The notes under the pieces are model-generated. The model was given only the letters and a program-made list of their open reading frames with translations, was not told the DNA's origin and made no database searches. A stretch of 63,968 bases of DNA, counting the filler, from Craspedostauros australis (lineage: Eukaryota): NCBI GenBank assembly GCA_030167865.1. It is 5 parts of 5 records of this genome, joined end to end, with 100 filler letters (N's around TTAATTAATTAA, not from the genome) between each part and the next. Parts side by side here need not be neighbours in the genome. Positions count along the whole stretch, not along the records: positions 21,119 to 47,646 come from JALAGF010000840.1; 4 more parts are not named here. The stretch is one strand, 5' to 3'. Both the position numbers and the translations under genes were made by a program. Below, piece after piece: positions 24,061 to 37,800 of this stretch; position 1 is the first letter of the stretch; the number at the start of each line of letters is the position of its first letter.

Positions 24061-25901
24061 ATGGACATCCAACCGTTCGGTGGCCGTGATGATGGCGATG
24101 GCGATGGTGACCACCATTATCACCACCATCGTGCGAGTACCCGTGGAGGGCCGAAGATGGCGCAGCGCGGAGAAGTTGCGGCCTCGATGCCTTGCCACGA
24201 TTGCGCCGGCGAAGAAACAGCCAAAAGGCGCTCACTTGGAAGCGAACAAATCCGTTTCTTGGCGCACAACATCACAGCTGTGAGGCCCACAGCGAAAGAT
24301 TCGCAACATGATCACAACCAACGGCATTCGCAGCATCAACGACATTCGCAACAACATTCGCAGCAGGAGCAATGGAAACACAACGTGGTGAGGAACAGCA
24401 TGGCCAAAGGCGGTCATAACAACGGCATCGTCGCGCAGACAAACACGGGCGTTGTGAGCACAGGAGAAGGCGCGTTATTCCATCATCAGCACAATCATGC
24501 ACGCAGTCTGCCACAACAAGAGCAGCAACGTCAGCAACATCAGCAGCAAGAACAAGAACATCAACATCAGCAGCCATCATATCAACCACAAATGCAGCAG
24601 CAGATGCAACTGCCTCAACAACATCAGCAACAACAACCACATCAGCAACATGCCACCGACGATGCAAAGAACGTACCTCATGCAACTGCCAGATTGCTGA
24701 CGTCGGACAGCGTCGCGCATCCATCAACGCTCTCTCTCCAAGGCTCCGATCAATCGGCCCCACATCTGCACCATCATCCTCGCCATCCTCTGCATCTGTC
24801 GACGTTGCAACCAGGAGGCATCGGTCCTTCCATGGCATCATCTTCGATTCTGCAGCAACAACAGCAACGACCAATGTCCATGTCTGCATCTCTCCCTCTC
24901 TCGCAACCAACAATAGCAGCGCCATCGGCATTGCCATACTCATCCGGAGGACCGTCGTTTCGGTCCAACTCAAATTCCAACGGTAGCAGTAATGCTGGCA
25001 TCAACGCCAATGGCAATGCCGATGCTACCCGCACCACCGTTCTGGGAAATGCCAATGGCAGCAACGTCGGCGAAAGTCAGAATCACAATCGACCGCTCAA
25101 TGTTCTCGCTCGGCCGATGCCCAATGGAGATCACCAGATTGCATGGAGCAGAATGCTGAACCAAAGCGATACGCCCACGTGAGTGTTTGTTGCAAATTGG
25201 AATGGTAGCCTGTGAAGATCAAATGCAAAAACGAAGAGAAGGAATGTCGTCGCAGGTGTCAGAATCAGCGATGCTCCGTTGGATGGTACAAAGCCGCAAC
25301 GAAATGACGCGATGCTCACTTCTCTTCCTTCCGTCCGTCTTCCCTTGTGTTTGCTTGGTCTTGTATCGACGGCCACGGCGCATTCGTTACATACGTGGTT
25401 TGCTGGAATGACACTTGCTCGGCAATTGTTGCTGCGGCACATTGGATCCGTTCATCCGTCTTCGTCACCGGCCACAATCAAATCTGAACAAACAACGACG
25501 ACGACAACAACGGCAATGGCAGAATACTTACGTTGACGGCATTCCCGTTCCGAATATTCGATTTGAACGAAGCTGCCGTGTCGCTGCTGGGGAAGGGATG
25601 CGTCTCGCACAGTCTGTTTGACTACTTCGTTCGCGAAAACACCTGGCGCCCGACGCTGGTCTCGCATCCGACCTTGCTGGGCAGGGCGCACGACGGAGAG
25701 ATCGTCAAGGTGCGGTGCAGCGGCAACAACGTTTACTGCTTCTGCAAGATCCGAATCAACGGTGTGAGGTGCCCGTCGGATGTTGCCGCCGCGAAGGGGA
25801 ATGCGCCCGATCAGGAATTGGCCGGGTACGTCGTGTACCTGGAGCGGTTGGACCTGCCCCTGCACATGGCATCCTCAGTCATCTACCGAAGTTTTCCGTG
25901 A
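24061..25901 (+). CDS. Gln/His-rich protein with C-terminal divergent PAS-like domain (paralog 1); exons 24061-25178 and 25523-25901
   Basis: A phase-2 intron GTGAGT(25179)...GGCAG(25522) joins LNQSDTPT to ILTLTAFPFRIFDLNEAAVSLLG in frame. This resembles a PAS N-terminal strand-strand-helix, and the exon aligns with the paralog at 32730-33252. Confidence 0.75.
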
Positions 25902-28486
25902 GCTACTCGAATCGATGGACCGTGCCGCATGTGCGCGGTGAACTAGGAACGGTGAATTGCGCGTGGAATGGCATGGCGTTGTTTTGTATCGCCGTGCATC
26001 ATCGGGATGAAATGTGGAGGGGGGACGGGCGTGGCGCGGTGAGACGATCGTTTGAGCATGGGATGGTTGTTGGTTTTCACGGTCACGGTAGCCAGTGGAT
26101 GGACGTTTCGCGCCATCGCGGTGGTATGCCCGCGTGTAGCAGCGTAGAGTAGAAGATATGTACTCTTTTAGTATACCACGGCTCTAATTGTGCCGTCTTC
26201 GTGTGTCGTGTTGTGTTGCGTCGCATCGCCGTTTGTTGCGGCGGAGGCGGCGAGATGCTCCTGATCGCCCGTGGTGAATGTAGGGACAACGTGCCAAGCG
26301 CGGCGCACCACGTATCGGATCGATGGGAGCGACCGATCGTAGTTTGTCCACGCCACCGAGCGTCTGCGGCATTGCACCATGGCATTCAATTACAATACCG
26401 TCCTCACCGAATTCCCTATGTCGCGGATCTGCGATTGGCGCCGGTGGCGAATCATGACGCGCTGCTGTTGTGGCGACGTAATGGAGGCTCTCGTGGAATG
26501 CACAGCCAGCTCATCTGTTTGCCTGTCTGTCTGACTGCACTGAATACGGAACGGCGTCGAATGCTGATTCCGGCGCCACGTTGACGAAGCTTGCGGTCCT
26601 TGAGTGGGTCTGCGGTAAACACGCACATCGGCGCAACACTTACCGACGGAGACAATCCATGGCGGCACTCTGCGGCGGGCAATGTCGCGTTGGGCCGCGG
26701 AGAACGAGCGGTGGACGGCGGATGGTGCACGATCTATGGCATGGTATAGACATCGGTATGATGTATGAAATGATGTATGAAATGATATGATGAGGTGCGG
26801 TGTGGGATGGGATGGAAGCGCGGAGGAGCCGCAAGCGACGTGGAGGACGCGATGAATGTGCGAGGACGGCAGAGCGCAGGTATGGCAATGCGATGAAGAG
26901 CGGATGGTGTCCGCCCAGGCACATGCGCGTGCGAAATGGACGAGATCGTCGTATGGGTCGAAGCAAACGCCAGTCTGTGGGGAGGACAGCGGCCGCAACT
27001 GCAGGCGACAATCAGGGCAAGCAGCGATCAGCATTCGGCACCCACTTTGCAAGCAAACTGACAACGACACACCACCACGGCACCGCCACCAACAACGACA
27101 GCAGCATTGGTGTTTCGCTTGCCACGCCTTTCATTCACAGACACATCATCATCATCGGCATCGGCATCCCCAACACCTCTCTGCTCTCATCCATGATAAT
27201 CCTTGGCGTGTTGCAAATTCAACCATTTTGTGAGGCTGTCGTCAGCAGCGGCAGCCACGATGTTCGGCGAACTTCAACTACACGTCACCAATCATAAGAA
27301 CTGGCAGATGGTGCGACAAATTCCATGTCCCAGTTTCGGTACATCGTGATCGCCCCTGTCTGATGCAATCCGCAACGCCATCTGTCGACATTTGGCAAGT
27401 GATAAGCAAGCACCTGATGGACGGTGGTGTGGACCTTCTTCATCCTGCAACAGACCAAACAAAACGGAACAGGTTGTGTTCGTCTTGGATGTGGTGATGT
27501 GGTCATGTGATGATGTAGGTGGGTGTTAATCCGACTCCGGACAAACCCGACAGGAAAACACTTTCTGATACTTCGCTGTGCATGTCTGTCTTTGGCAGAA
27601 ACAGCTTGATCTGTGTGGGAGACCTTCCTCACAAATCGCAAACCGGCTGCGACATCGTGAATCCGTGTGGGTCATGCTCCGTTGCATTGCACTATGCGAG
27701 TACTCATGGTCGTGTTCATGTTTGTGCTTGCGCTGCTCGTTGCCTCTCCACATACATATACATTGGACCTATTCTGCATACGTGCAATACCCGTACCGTA
27801 GATACTCAAATTCGCAAGAGACGAAATCCAAGAGACAGTGAATGAATGAGCAGATTGCGAGCATGACACCCAAAGAAGAGGATGCGACTCTTTTTCCCCA
27901 TCCTTGCCACATCGGCGCAGGGGAACAATCGTCAGAGACTCGGCATAAGTGGTTGCCAACGTGTCCATTAGCATGACGTGGGTGACGTGGACAGTTGATC
28001 GAACAGTTTGCTGCCACCGAGGCGAAGAAGACACAAGATGTCATCTCTTCCACGCATTTGCGAGGGAGAACTGATGTGATAGAGCTGCTGGTTCTTCCGA
28101 CACGCTGATCCCTGTTACGTTGCTCGATCGCCAGTGCAGCCGTGGTGTCGCCATCATCATTGCAACCATCGGCCTCAATCGTCATCCTGGCAAACAGCGC
28201 AGCGCAGAACACGGGAGAGACGAAGAATCCACGGCAAAGGAGGCAGCTGGTGGATCGTGTTCTTCTCCTTTCGACATCGACTCTGTGCGAGCTTCGGGAA
28301 GAGTAGAGAACAGTACGCTGCAGCGATCTGTGCTTGCAATATTCGGTAGCAAGCTCCCATGGAGATTCTGCGCTTCTATTGGTGTTGTGGTGATCGCGCG
28401 AGATGTTGTATCTGCAAGTCTGAGCTCTACTCTAAGCGTGCTATTGGGTATCCGGTCGGAGCGATCGCTGCACACTCGTGCTGCCA

Positions 28487-29875
28487 TTATGCCGACGAAA
28501 GGCAGCTCGGAATGACGAAGTCTACCACGCCATCCTTTGATGTCACCTTGTGCGAAATGACAGGCTTGACATCGACGGCTTCGTCGGCGCCGACCCACCC
28601 GCACGAAGCCAGAAGCTTGTCGCAAGCTTCATCCAAGGTCTTTTGCGAGCGATTGGTGTGGACGGTGGCAATGGCACCGCCCGGCTGGACCGCATCGCCA
28701 ACCTGGATGGCAAAGACCACCCCCGCCGCCGGGTCCACATCCTCGCCGGCCACGCGCCGACCCGCTCCCAGATCAACGCACGTGCGACCAACCGCGAGGC
28801 CGTCGAGCGACGCCAGCTTCTGCGCCTTCTCGGCGACGATCGTTTTGGTGAACTTGGAGCTGTTGGGGTAGCTGGAGGGGTCGTCGCACACCGTGACATC
28901 GCCTCCGTGCGCCTGCACCATTTCACGGAACGTGGGGTACGCCTTCCCGCTGTCCAGCTGCTCCTTGACCATCGCGACGGTGTCGTCCCATCCGAGATCG
29001 TCGTACTTGCCGGACTGGTGCACCATCTGAGAGGCCTGCACCACGACCAGGGTTCTGAGGTCGTCGCAGCCCTCGCCCGTCTTGAGCATCTTGATGCACT
29101 CCTCGATTTCGAACCAGTTCCCGACGGCCTTGCCGATGATGGAATCCATCCGTGTCAGCAAGCACGTGGTGGGCGACAGTCCGTTTGCTTCGCCCGTCGC
29201 GATCATGCTGTGTGCCAGCTTGGCGGCCTCGTCGACGTTGGCCTGGAAGGAGCCGGTTCCGTACTTGCAGTCCAGGATGAGGCTGCGAGGATGCTCGGCG
29301 ATCTTCTTGCACATGATGGACGAGGTTTGCAGCGGGATGCTGGAGACGGTGCCCGTGACATCGCGCAGGCCGTACAGCTTGCGATCCGCGAGGCACATGG
29401 CCTTGGAGGCGGCGATGATGGAGCAGCCTATTTCCTTCACGATGGTCTGGAACTTGGGTATGGGCAAGTCCGTCTGGTAGCCGGGGATGGATTCGAGCTT
29501 GTCGATGGTGCCGCCCGTGTGGCCCAATCCGCGACCGGCCATCATGGGAACGCGGACGCCCAGCGAGCCAACGAGCGGTGCCAGCACCATGCTGATCTTG
29601 TCGCCCACCCCTCCGGTGGAATGCTTGTCAACGAGGTGCGGGTACTCATCGACAGGCCACTGGGCTTGGACGCCGGATTGCACCATGCTCTTCGTCAGCA
29701 CTGCCGTCTCCGCGGCTGTCATGCCCCTCCAGCACACTGCCATCAACCACGCGGACATTTGGTAGTCTGGGACGTCGCCTTTGGCATATGCGGCGATCCA
29801 TTCCTGAATCTCCTCATCTGAATGCGGGTCCGCATTCGCCCGCTTCTTCAGTATCATGGAGACAGATTCCACCAT
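28487..29875 (-). CDS. TYMP: Thymidine phosphorylase / pyrimidine-nucleoside phosphorylase (deoA/pdp family)
   Basis: Motifs PDYQMSAWLMA, VDKHSTGGVGDK, GRGLGHTGGTIDKLESIPGY, ADRKLYGLRDVTGTV, SIMCKK, LGAGR. Intronless, with ATG at 29875. Confidence 0.95.
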   Translation of the reverse strand: MVESVSMILKKRANADPHSDEEIQEWIAAYAKGDVPDYQMSAWLMAVCWRGMTAAETAVLTKSMVQSGVQAQWPVDEYPHLVDKHSTGGVGDKISMVLAPLVGSLGVRVPMMAGRGLGHTGGTIDKLESIPGYQTDLPIPKFQTIVKEIGCSIIAASKAMCLADRKLYGLRDVTGTVSSIPLQTSSIMCKKIAEHPRSLILDCKYGTGSFQANVDEAAKLAHSMIATGEANGLSPTTCLLTRMDSIIGKAVGNWFEIEECIKMLKTGEGCDDLRTLVVVQASQMVHQSGKYDDLGWDDTVAMVKEQLDSGKAYPTFREMVQAHGGDVTVCDDPSSYPNSSKFTKTIVAEKAQKLASLDGLAVGRTCVDLGAGRRVAGEDVDPAAGVVFAIQVGDAVQPGGAIATVHTNRSQKTLDEACDKLLASCGWVGADEAVDVKPVISHKVTSKDGVVDFVIPSCLSSA

Positions 29876-31933
29876 CTTTGGAGTGGAGTAGAGCAGATTA
29901 GGGCAGATTGGTAGCACGTTTACCAATGCGTCGCGTGAACCAAGCGAAGCACGTGAAGAATCTGATGAGCCGCTGTACTTGTCGTAGTAGAGCGGTCAGT
30001 CAGTCTGTTGGTCTACCTGCCTGTCTGCCTGCCTTCTTGGGATCGTCCTTGCGCAATCGCTGGTGTCTCTCGACGTCTGCTGCTGTCTACGTATCGATGT
30101 GGGTGTCAATGTCAATGTTGATGCCAACGTGAAAGTATGGCATCACTGTCTGGATCGTCATCATTACACACGCTGTGTCGTGTGTGATGTATTCTCTCGA
30201 TGGTTCTCTCGTTTGTTTCTCATTTTCGTTGATTGAATTCGTGACAGAGTATTGCTCGTGATTCAGCCTCATGTAAACATTCCACGTGGAAGTCAAGAAC
30301 CGGTACTCACTCAGATCGTGTTTTGCAAACACGTGGCAAGCGAACATCTGGGCGATGTCCACGTCTGCACACGTCTTTGGTGGAGGTGATGGGAGGCGCC
30401 AGATGTCTCGGCATCATGTTCCTCGGCAAAAGGTTCCGACCACATTTTCCATGCCAGATGTGGAATTTCTGGCGCTCCATTTCGCTCCAGACTGTGAATT
30501 GTTCGGCAGTGGCAGTGTTGCGTTTCAAATGGTCATAGAGTATGGTATAACAGCACGAGTAACCCGATGTATTGCATCTAAAGCCAGACCGAAGGTTGGG
30601 ATGAACAGCAGAGAATTGTGGTGAGAAAGGAGAGCCTCTCTCTCTCTTTCTCTTTCTCTCTTTGACCATGGACCACCATCGAGTAAAGAGCTGCACATCA
30701 AAGTGTTGGAAACAGGATCTGAGAAGGAGATAGAGTCCCAAACTGCAGCGTCATCGCAGTCTGACGATTTCGCAGATGTTTTGTGTCCAGAATCTCCACC
30801 ATCTGCTGGTTTTATCGCTTCGAAGCCAATCAACACTGATCACATGGAGGTTGCATCTCGGTTTGTACTTTGTGCTTTGCCAAGCAGCGCACCATCAGTT
30901 CCGGTTGCGCTTTGGGCAGGCAGAGTATTCACATGCTCTCATGGTTGAGTGTTTGATTGCCTGGGCCGGCTAATCCTTTCTTGTCATCTCTTGTTGAAAG
31001 TGAAGTGTCGTATTGTTGGTACAAATTGCACACTCTGCCAACAGCATCGTATCATTGAGTATTGTACGACCCAAGCATCGACTCTGATGGTACAAGCACG
31101 AGTTAGGCGAGTGAGAAAGGCACATAGTATGTGCATCCGTCGTGGCATCAACTGTTGCCACTGATGTCTGGCCAGCCCCTCCCGGTCAGGTGGTTGAAGC
31201 AGCCGATGAGAACCCCGAACTGGCAGCTGCGATGCGACAGATTCAGGCAGTCCATCACGACCAGATGGCTTGGCTGGGGGTGAATGTGACACGCTTTTGG
31301 TGTCCATCCCGGTTAGCTCGTGCTCACGGCGGTAGCCATCGTACTGTAGCTCCACCAGATTGCATGGGCCACTCTGTGCAGTTGCATTGGTGGCATAGGT
31401 CCGAGAACGACAGATTGCCCCCAAAGAACCCAACGTGCTGTCATTGTCAGCGTACTTCTCTTCACAGCACATCTTGCGTCCAATCTGATGGGCCACCGAA
31501 GCGGTGAAGCAAGGAATCAGTCCTAGCGCGGGTCAGCATCAACGATAGGCTTTCCAGCAGGCCATCATCTTTTCTGATCGGTGATTGCGCTGCAGAAGCA
31601 CATGTGCAGAGACTGATGCATGCACATTCGATTCCACATTCATACTCGCTCACCGAATCACGTCGAACCGAAGTGATTGGTTGCGTTGCCCGCGCTGTTC
31701 CAAACAAGCACAAGACGAACGTCGCTTGCTCCGCTTGGACTTGATCAAGCTTGGATTGAGACAGCAGATCTGCTCAACCTTCGCATCTTGCTCAGCATTC
31801 CATCAGTCTCAGTGGTTCGCACCAATTGGTGTCACTCGATAGGTGGCATACCATACATATAAGTATCAACATCCACCACTATCGTTTGGTCGGACCTTGA
31901 CACCTTGGTCGGCTCGCAGATCTGCCTTTGATC

Positions 31934-33252
31934 ATGGAGAAGTCTTCGTCGAACAGAGACTCTGGCGGTCTCCAACGCAGTGTCAATGACGCTGACGCCA
32001 ACAATGCTGATGTTGATGGCGCACCAGCCGAACGAATCAAGCCTGTGTCGAGCTCCAACGACTCCGGATGTACCAAGACGGATGTTGCTGCGACGGATGT
32101 TGCTGCGACGGATGCTGCTGCTTCTGCCACTGCTATTGACAGTGTCGACGAGATGCCAAACGAACCAGAGATCGTGGACATCCGTTCGGAGAGAGATGGG
32201 TGGGCGCGTCAACTGCTGTTGCTGCTGGGCAGCAAGAATGTTGTTCTTGATACGAACACCTCATTTCTGGAGCAGTATCAATTGCATGGTGCGAACCAAC
32301 CAGGCGCACACAGCACTGCCGCACAGCAGGCGGTGAGGCCAACCCGTATCCCGGAGTTCATCGGGGTGCAACTGACATCATGCGATCCGATCCGCCGTTC
32401 ATCGGGATTGAACAGGCCGAGTAGAACGCCTGGGTGGGTTCATCTCGCGAGGACGGACATCCCCATGTGAGTTCACTTCTGATTCCACGTTGTCGATGAT
32501 GGTCGGGTGCTGTTGACGTGATTTGCTTCATGGATGGGCGCCGCTGTTGATGATTGGGTTGGTGCGGGTGCCGTTGTTGTTGTCGTCGTTGCTGTTGCCG
32601 TTGCCTTGTATCAGCTTCCTTGATCATGGATCTGACCATTGCTTCTCCATGCCTGCACCGTCTTGTTCAAAGCACCGCTTCTCGTGCCGTTCCAATAATC
32701 CCTTGAATAAAAACATCGCCAAACCGCAGCTTGATAACGTTGGAATCATTCCCGCATCGGATCTGCATCGGCAATCAGATGGCCAGCGACATGTTCGGGG
32801 ACGCGTTGCATGCTAAGACTATCTTCGGCATTTTCGGAGACGTTGGGAGGATCACGCTTGCATCGAACTCGTCTCTGTTGGAGAAGTTGCGAGGTGACGA
32901 CATATTCAAGGTCGCGTGCAACAGGTCGCGGCGGAGTCGCCGTCGCGCCCCCGATGCAATGGCGTCGTCGTCGCCGACATCTTCTTCATCGTCCATTCTC
33001 AATTTGATGGACTTGGAACCACGTTCGCAACCTCCAGGAGTGGCGGTGGCAGCGATGGCATCAGCGCAAATGCCGATGGTTTCGATAGTGCCTGAATACG
33101 TGTACTGTAAAATCCACGCTGTCGGTATTCGAGTTCAGAGGGCGCGGCGTGGTTCCGCGGAGACCAGAAGCTCCTACATCGGCGTGTTCATTGAAACGTT
33201 GGATGTGCCCCAGGAGACACAGTCGTCCATTGTCTACCGATGCATCAAGTGA
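31934..33252 (+). CDS. Protein with C-terminal divergent PAS-like domain (paralog 2); exons 31934-32466 and 32730-33252
   Basis: A phase-2 intron GTGAGT(32467)...CGCAG(32729) joins LARTDIPI to LITLESFPHRICIGNQMASDMFG. Intron position and motif order match paralog 1. The N-terminus has a 15-bp repeat encoding TDVAA. Confidence 0.75.
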
Positions 33253-34876
33253 GACGAAACAAAACAAAATGAAATGAAAGGATATGAGGGCGACGAAAGG
33301 AATTGAGCCGTTAGACTCCATCAAGCGGGAACCAACACGGAGAGATCATACACCAGTCGACGACATCGATCGCTACTTTGAGTACGACCTACAATGCGGC
33401 CGTTTCATTTCAGTCTCGCCAATAGACCGGAGCGCGCAAGGTGTGAGTGGGACGCTGCGGGTTCGAGCGGAAGCTTTTGAAGGGATGCAATGCATGAATG
33501 GATGGATGGCTGAAGGAATGGTCCGGCGCCGAACGAAATCGGCGAGAATCGCAGCGCGGCGCAGCGCCACACATCGATGTTGTTCACCGCACATGGGCAC
33601 AAGTATCGGCAGGCGAGCATGTCAGTCTCCGTGTCCGTTCCATCGCACTCACCTGAAATGACACCGACGGAGCGATGCTGAGCATCATCGACGCCGTCGT
33701 TGCAATGTGCGGATGCGCTTTCTCTGTTTCACTCTATTATACACGCAAGTATGCGTTTGCCTATGGCTGCGTGCGAACGGACGCGCGGAAGGCCCCCATG
33801 AACACACTACACAAAATCCCGGCACGGGCGATGCAGCGCGCAACGCGCAATGCGACAACCATCAACTGGCCGACGAATCGAACGAACCGTTGGCATCCTC
33901 GTGCGTGAAGCGCAAACCAGGCGCAACGGACACAGCCATCGTGGCGGAGCAAAACAGCAGCAGCGACATCATCAGCCACAACGATTGTGATGGTATTGGC
34001 GATGAGCGCTGTGGTGCAACCATGATGACGGTGCGAGGTGAGCATTGGCAGAGTATGTACCAAAGTTGAAGAAGTCTGTGTTGTGCTTCCGTCACAACCT
34101 TTCACTACTCTGAACGCAGACAAAGGATGACGGTGGTGGGCTGTCTCACGTCATTTTTTGGACGAAAAAGTATCCAACACCAATGTTGAATTCGTGATAT
34201 ATTCGCATTTAATACTACGACACGAATCCATAAGAAATCCATGTCGTGTTGAAGTAGCTATTTATGGCCGGGTGCACTTTATCCATGACTCATGCGTTCA
34301 TGCAAACGTGGCCTGCCACCTTGCCTCACGATTTGTGGCCACATCATCATCGCCACTCTTCTGCATTCGTTTGGTCGATTTCTCCCGATTTCGTTGTCGT
34401 GGTTGTAACCACCGCAGGGGATGAGCAACATGTGCGCCATGCCCGAAGGAGTGCGACTACTCGCTGAGCACGTATTGTCCCTTGTCCCCACGGCAACTTC
34501 CGATGAAACCGCTCATGGCGCGCGCGCACAAGAGAGGAAGCAGGTGCGCAGAGTACATGCGAGTATAATATTTTAATATGATCTTGCAACAGCGTCAGGT
34601 GAAGATTTCGTTGGATGGCGCACGCGCAAGATGCGAGTATTTCTCTCTGTCAAACCATCGCGCGATGGTTCTTCGTTTTACTACATGAATGTGACAATTG
34701 AACTGTCGTCGTTTATTTGCTTCACTTTGCGACTGCCTGTGTTGCACAGTCTGTATCATACGCGTATGTGGTATCCGAGTCATACAACCACACCAAACAG
34801 ATGATGCACTCCATCACTTCATGGAATGTGCAGGTGTGCTGCTCGAAGCAAGAGTCGACGAAGCTGGTTCGTTGTG

Positions 34877-37800
34877 CTATATCGTCGCGGACTCTGCATC
34901 TTCTGGCGCCAGTTGAGCAGCCTGCGTCTGCGTGACCACCATATCGGTGTTGGCTGGTTGCTGTGCAGTTTCGTCGATGGTCACTGTCTCCGTGATCATG
35001 GGGGTCGGAGTAGCTGTTTGTGTAGCTCCGTGTATAGGTGCGACTACGGGTGCAGGGGCAGGTGCCGGTGCAGCCAAAACTTCAGGTGCGGGTGCGAGTG
35101 CGGATGCTTGCGCTGGTTCTTCTCCTACTTTCATGGATTCAGGCACAATCGCGTTTCCACCTTGTGAAGGAGCATTTGTGATTTCTGTTTGTGTGGCCAT
35201 GGGAGGCTGCACAGGCGTTGTTGCTGGGTCGTGTGCAGGGAGCTTAGCCTCTTCTGCCGAAGGTGCCGCGATCGACGGTGTTGCTATGGATGATGCCTGT
35301 GCTGCGACAATTTCCATGGGCGTTGTAGATGGCTGCGCTGTTGGTGCCATGGGCGCGGCTTCTTGGCGAACAACTGATGTCGGGGCCGATGCTGGCGCTG
35401 GTGTTGCAACTTGTGCTGTCGGCGTGGGTGTCGAAGCTGTTGCTTGCACAGCGACTACTATTGGCGCAGGTGGCGGTGTTGCCGCCACCTGTGGGATTTC
35501 TGAGCCTGCCGCGGCTATCTGGGTTACGGGGGTGCCCACAACAGTTATACCGGGCGTCGCATGAATGGTAGGAGTAGCTGCAGCGGATGCAAACGTGGAT
35601 GGCGTCGCTGCTTGTGGCGTGCCTGACCCTGCCACAACCACCTGAGTTCCAGGTGTGGCCGCTGCGGCAACACCCGGTGTTCCATGAACCGTGGGAATGG
35701 TTGTCGCAGATGCCGGTGTTGATGGGAGTGCGGCTGATGGCGGCACCGTTGCATGCACTGGCGTCGGTGCTGGCTGCGCAATAGACGCTTGTACTGCTTG
35801 CACACCAACTACCGGCGATTGTGGCGGTGGAGCGACCGTGGTCGGTGCTAGGACGGCGGCGACTGCTGGTGCTGGTCCTGAGGCTGGCATTGTTTCCATG
35901 GCCGGTGCAGCCGCTACTGAAGGCTTCGCATCGTACACCATGCCCGGTTGTTGAACTTGAGGTTGCTGAGTCGGCGTAGGCGCAGCCACATGCGTCATCA
36001 TTGTCGCCGGTAGTGGGACTGATACTGGGACTTGCGCTGGAACTTGTATTGGGGCCACAACTGCTCCGGGCACACTGGCCGTGACGACTTCCATTGGCAC
36101 GGACGGAGCCGCAACTGCCGTGGGCACAGGCGCACCAACCACTTGCATGGGCACAGAGACAGCAGGAGCCACGACGTTGGTGGCGCCAGCCATGAGGTGC
36201 ATCTGCTGGGGCACAAGCTGCTGCTGCGGTTGCGACCGCTGTTCTGGTTTGCTACTTGCCTGGCCAGTTGCTAATAGGATCCCAGGCGGCGGCGTGCCTG
36301 CACTTGTGGAGGCCACAACAGCAGATGCATGAGCGACGGCATCCGCAACAGCAGCTGCTGGCACATGTGCTGTGGCTGTGGGTACAATCAGGGTGTCGGT
36401 CTGTTCCACCAGTTTCTTCTTTTTGCAAGAACCGCCTCGATTGATGATGGACGACCACTTGAAGCCGATGTCGTTGAGCTTCTTGAAGCGCGCATCCGTC
36501 ATTCTGGATCTCCGGCCTCGTTTGCGGTTGGCCTCTTCGAGACGCTGGTTGCGCACCCAGTTCGCCAGCTCGGTGTCGCGTGGGTATCCCTTGGGGACCT
36601 TGCAATGTCCGATCTCCTTTTGGAATGCGAGCAATCTCGCGTACATCTTGTTCCATTGGGCGTTTTGCGGATCCCACTCGAAGCCCATGTTCTGAAGTCT
36701 TTGGATGCGCTGCGGCGTGATCTTGGCACTGCCCTTCTGCTGGAAGATCCAATATTCGACGCGTTGGTAATGCACCCACCGACCGAGTCTGTTATCTTGG
36801 CCGAAGCATTGGGGCACCAAGGTGTTTCCGTGCTTATTCTGTCATGGTATGGTTGCCGTCAAGGTTGTTTTCGTTGGGAATGGAATATTTCAAAACATAG
36901 TTGTATGATAGTTGATATTGGCGATTGGATGAGTGTGGGTGACACGAGTCATACAGCATGTACTCTCCGGAGAGTGCAACCAACAATGGCGACAGTGATG
37001 GCAAAAGGAACAGCCACAACGAGGACAATGAACAGTAATGCAGAAAGGGGTGACATACCTTGTACTCCAAGAGCTTCTTGAACATGGCATCCCACTTCTC
37101 GTCATGTTTGGAGAGGACTCGTGGAACAACGGTCTCAGCCATGGCGCTGGCAGCAGCGAGGGCCGTATCAGTGAGGCTCTGGTGCACCGCCATGGTCTGA
37201 ACCGGCGCCATGGGGACGACCGCAGGCGCCGCCGCCATCGCGGCTGTGCCCATCGCGCCACTGGCCATCAAGGCGATTGCATCAGGATCGTTCGGTGGGA
37301 TGGGGAAGCCGTTGCGCAAGGGGACGGGTTGGCCTGCGGAGTCGTAGGTGAATGTGATGGTGTTTTCCATCCTGATGAGCTTGCGCGGTGGCATCTTCCC
37401 AACGCGTCGCACGCGCTTCTTGGTTTCCTTTGGGGTGGTGGATGCTTGGGGCGAAAGTCCCTGCACTGGCGCCTGTATGGTTGCTTGTACGTGTGCCTGC
37501 ACTGCTCGGACTGAGGCTTGGACCGAGGCTTGTGGTACGGCCGTGGCTGTGGCTGTGGGGATAGCCATGGCCGCCATCGCAGTCGGCAATGCTGTGTTGG
37601 CGACGCCAACTGGCGTCCCAACTTGATGCTGCAAGACGACGTTGGGTGTTCCAGGTGGAGGTGTGCTGAGGTGCTGCACATGCGCTTGCGCCTGCATGTG
37701 CTGGTACAGCTGTGGCTGTGTTTGAACCTGTTGATGTCCGGGGAGCTGTACGTGGGCTTGCAAATGCGGTTGGGCTTGCACGTGCAGATGATGCTGCTGG

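Noticed and set aside
26000..28400. Exon-like segments on the minus strand (acceptor-like TTGCAG near 27445)
   Set aside because: No coherent reading frame. Could be UTR or lncRNA but needs transcript data.
28550..29821. Long antisense ORFs here and opposite the ATPase, HA, bZIP, GT61 and FAAL genes
   Set aside because: Shadow frames caused by GC3 bias and low-complexity coding; they have no motifs of their own.
30000..31900. Short ORFs upstream of PAS-like paralog 2 as extra exons
   Set aside because: No convincing in-frame splice path or homology.
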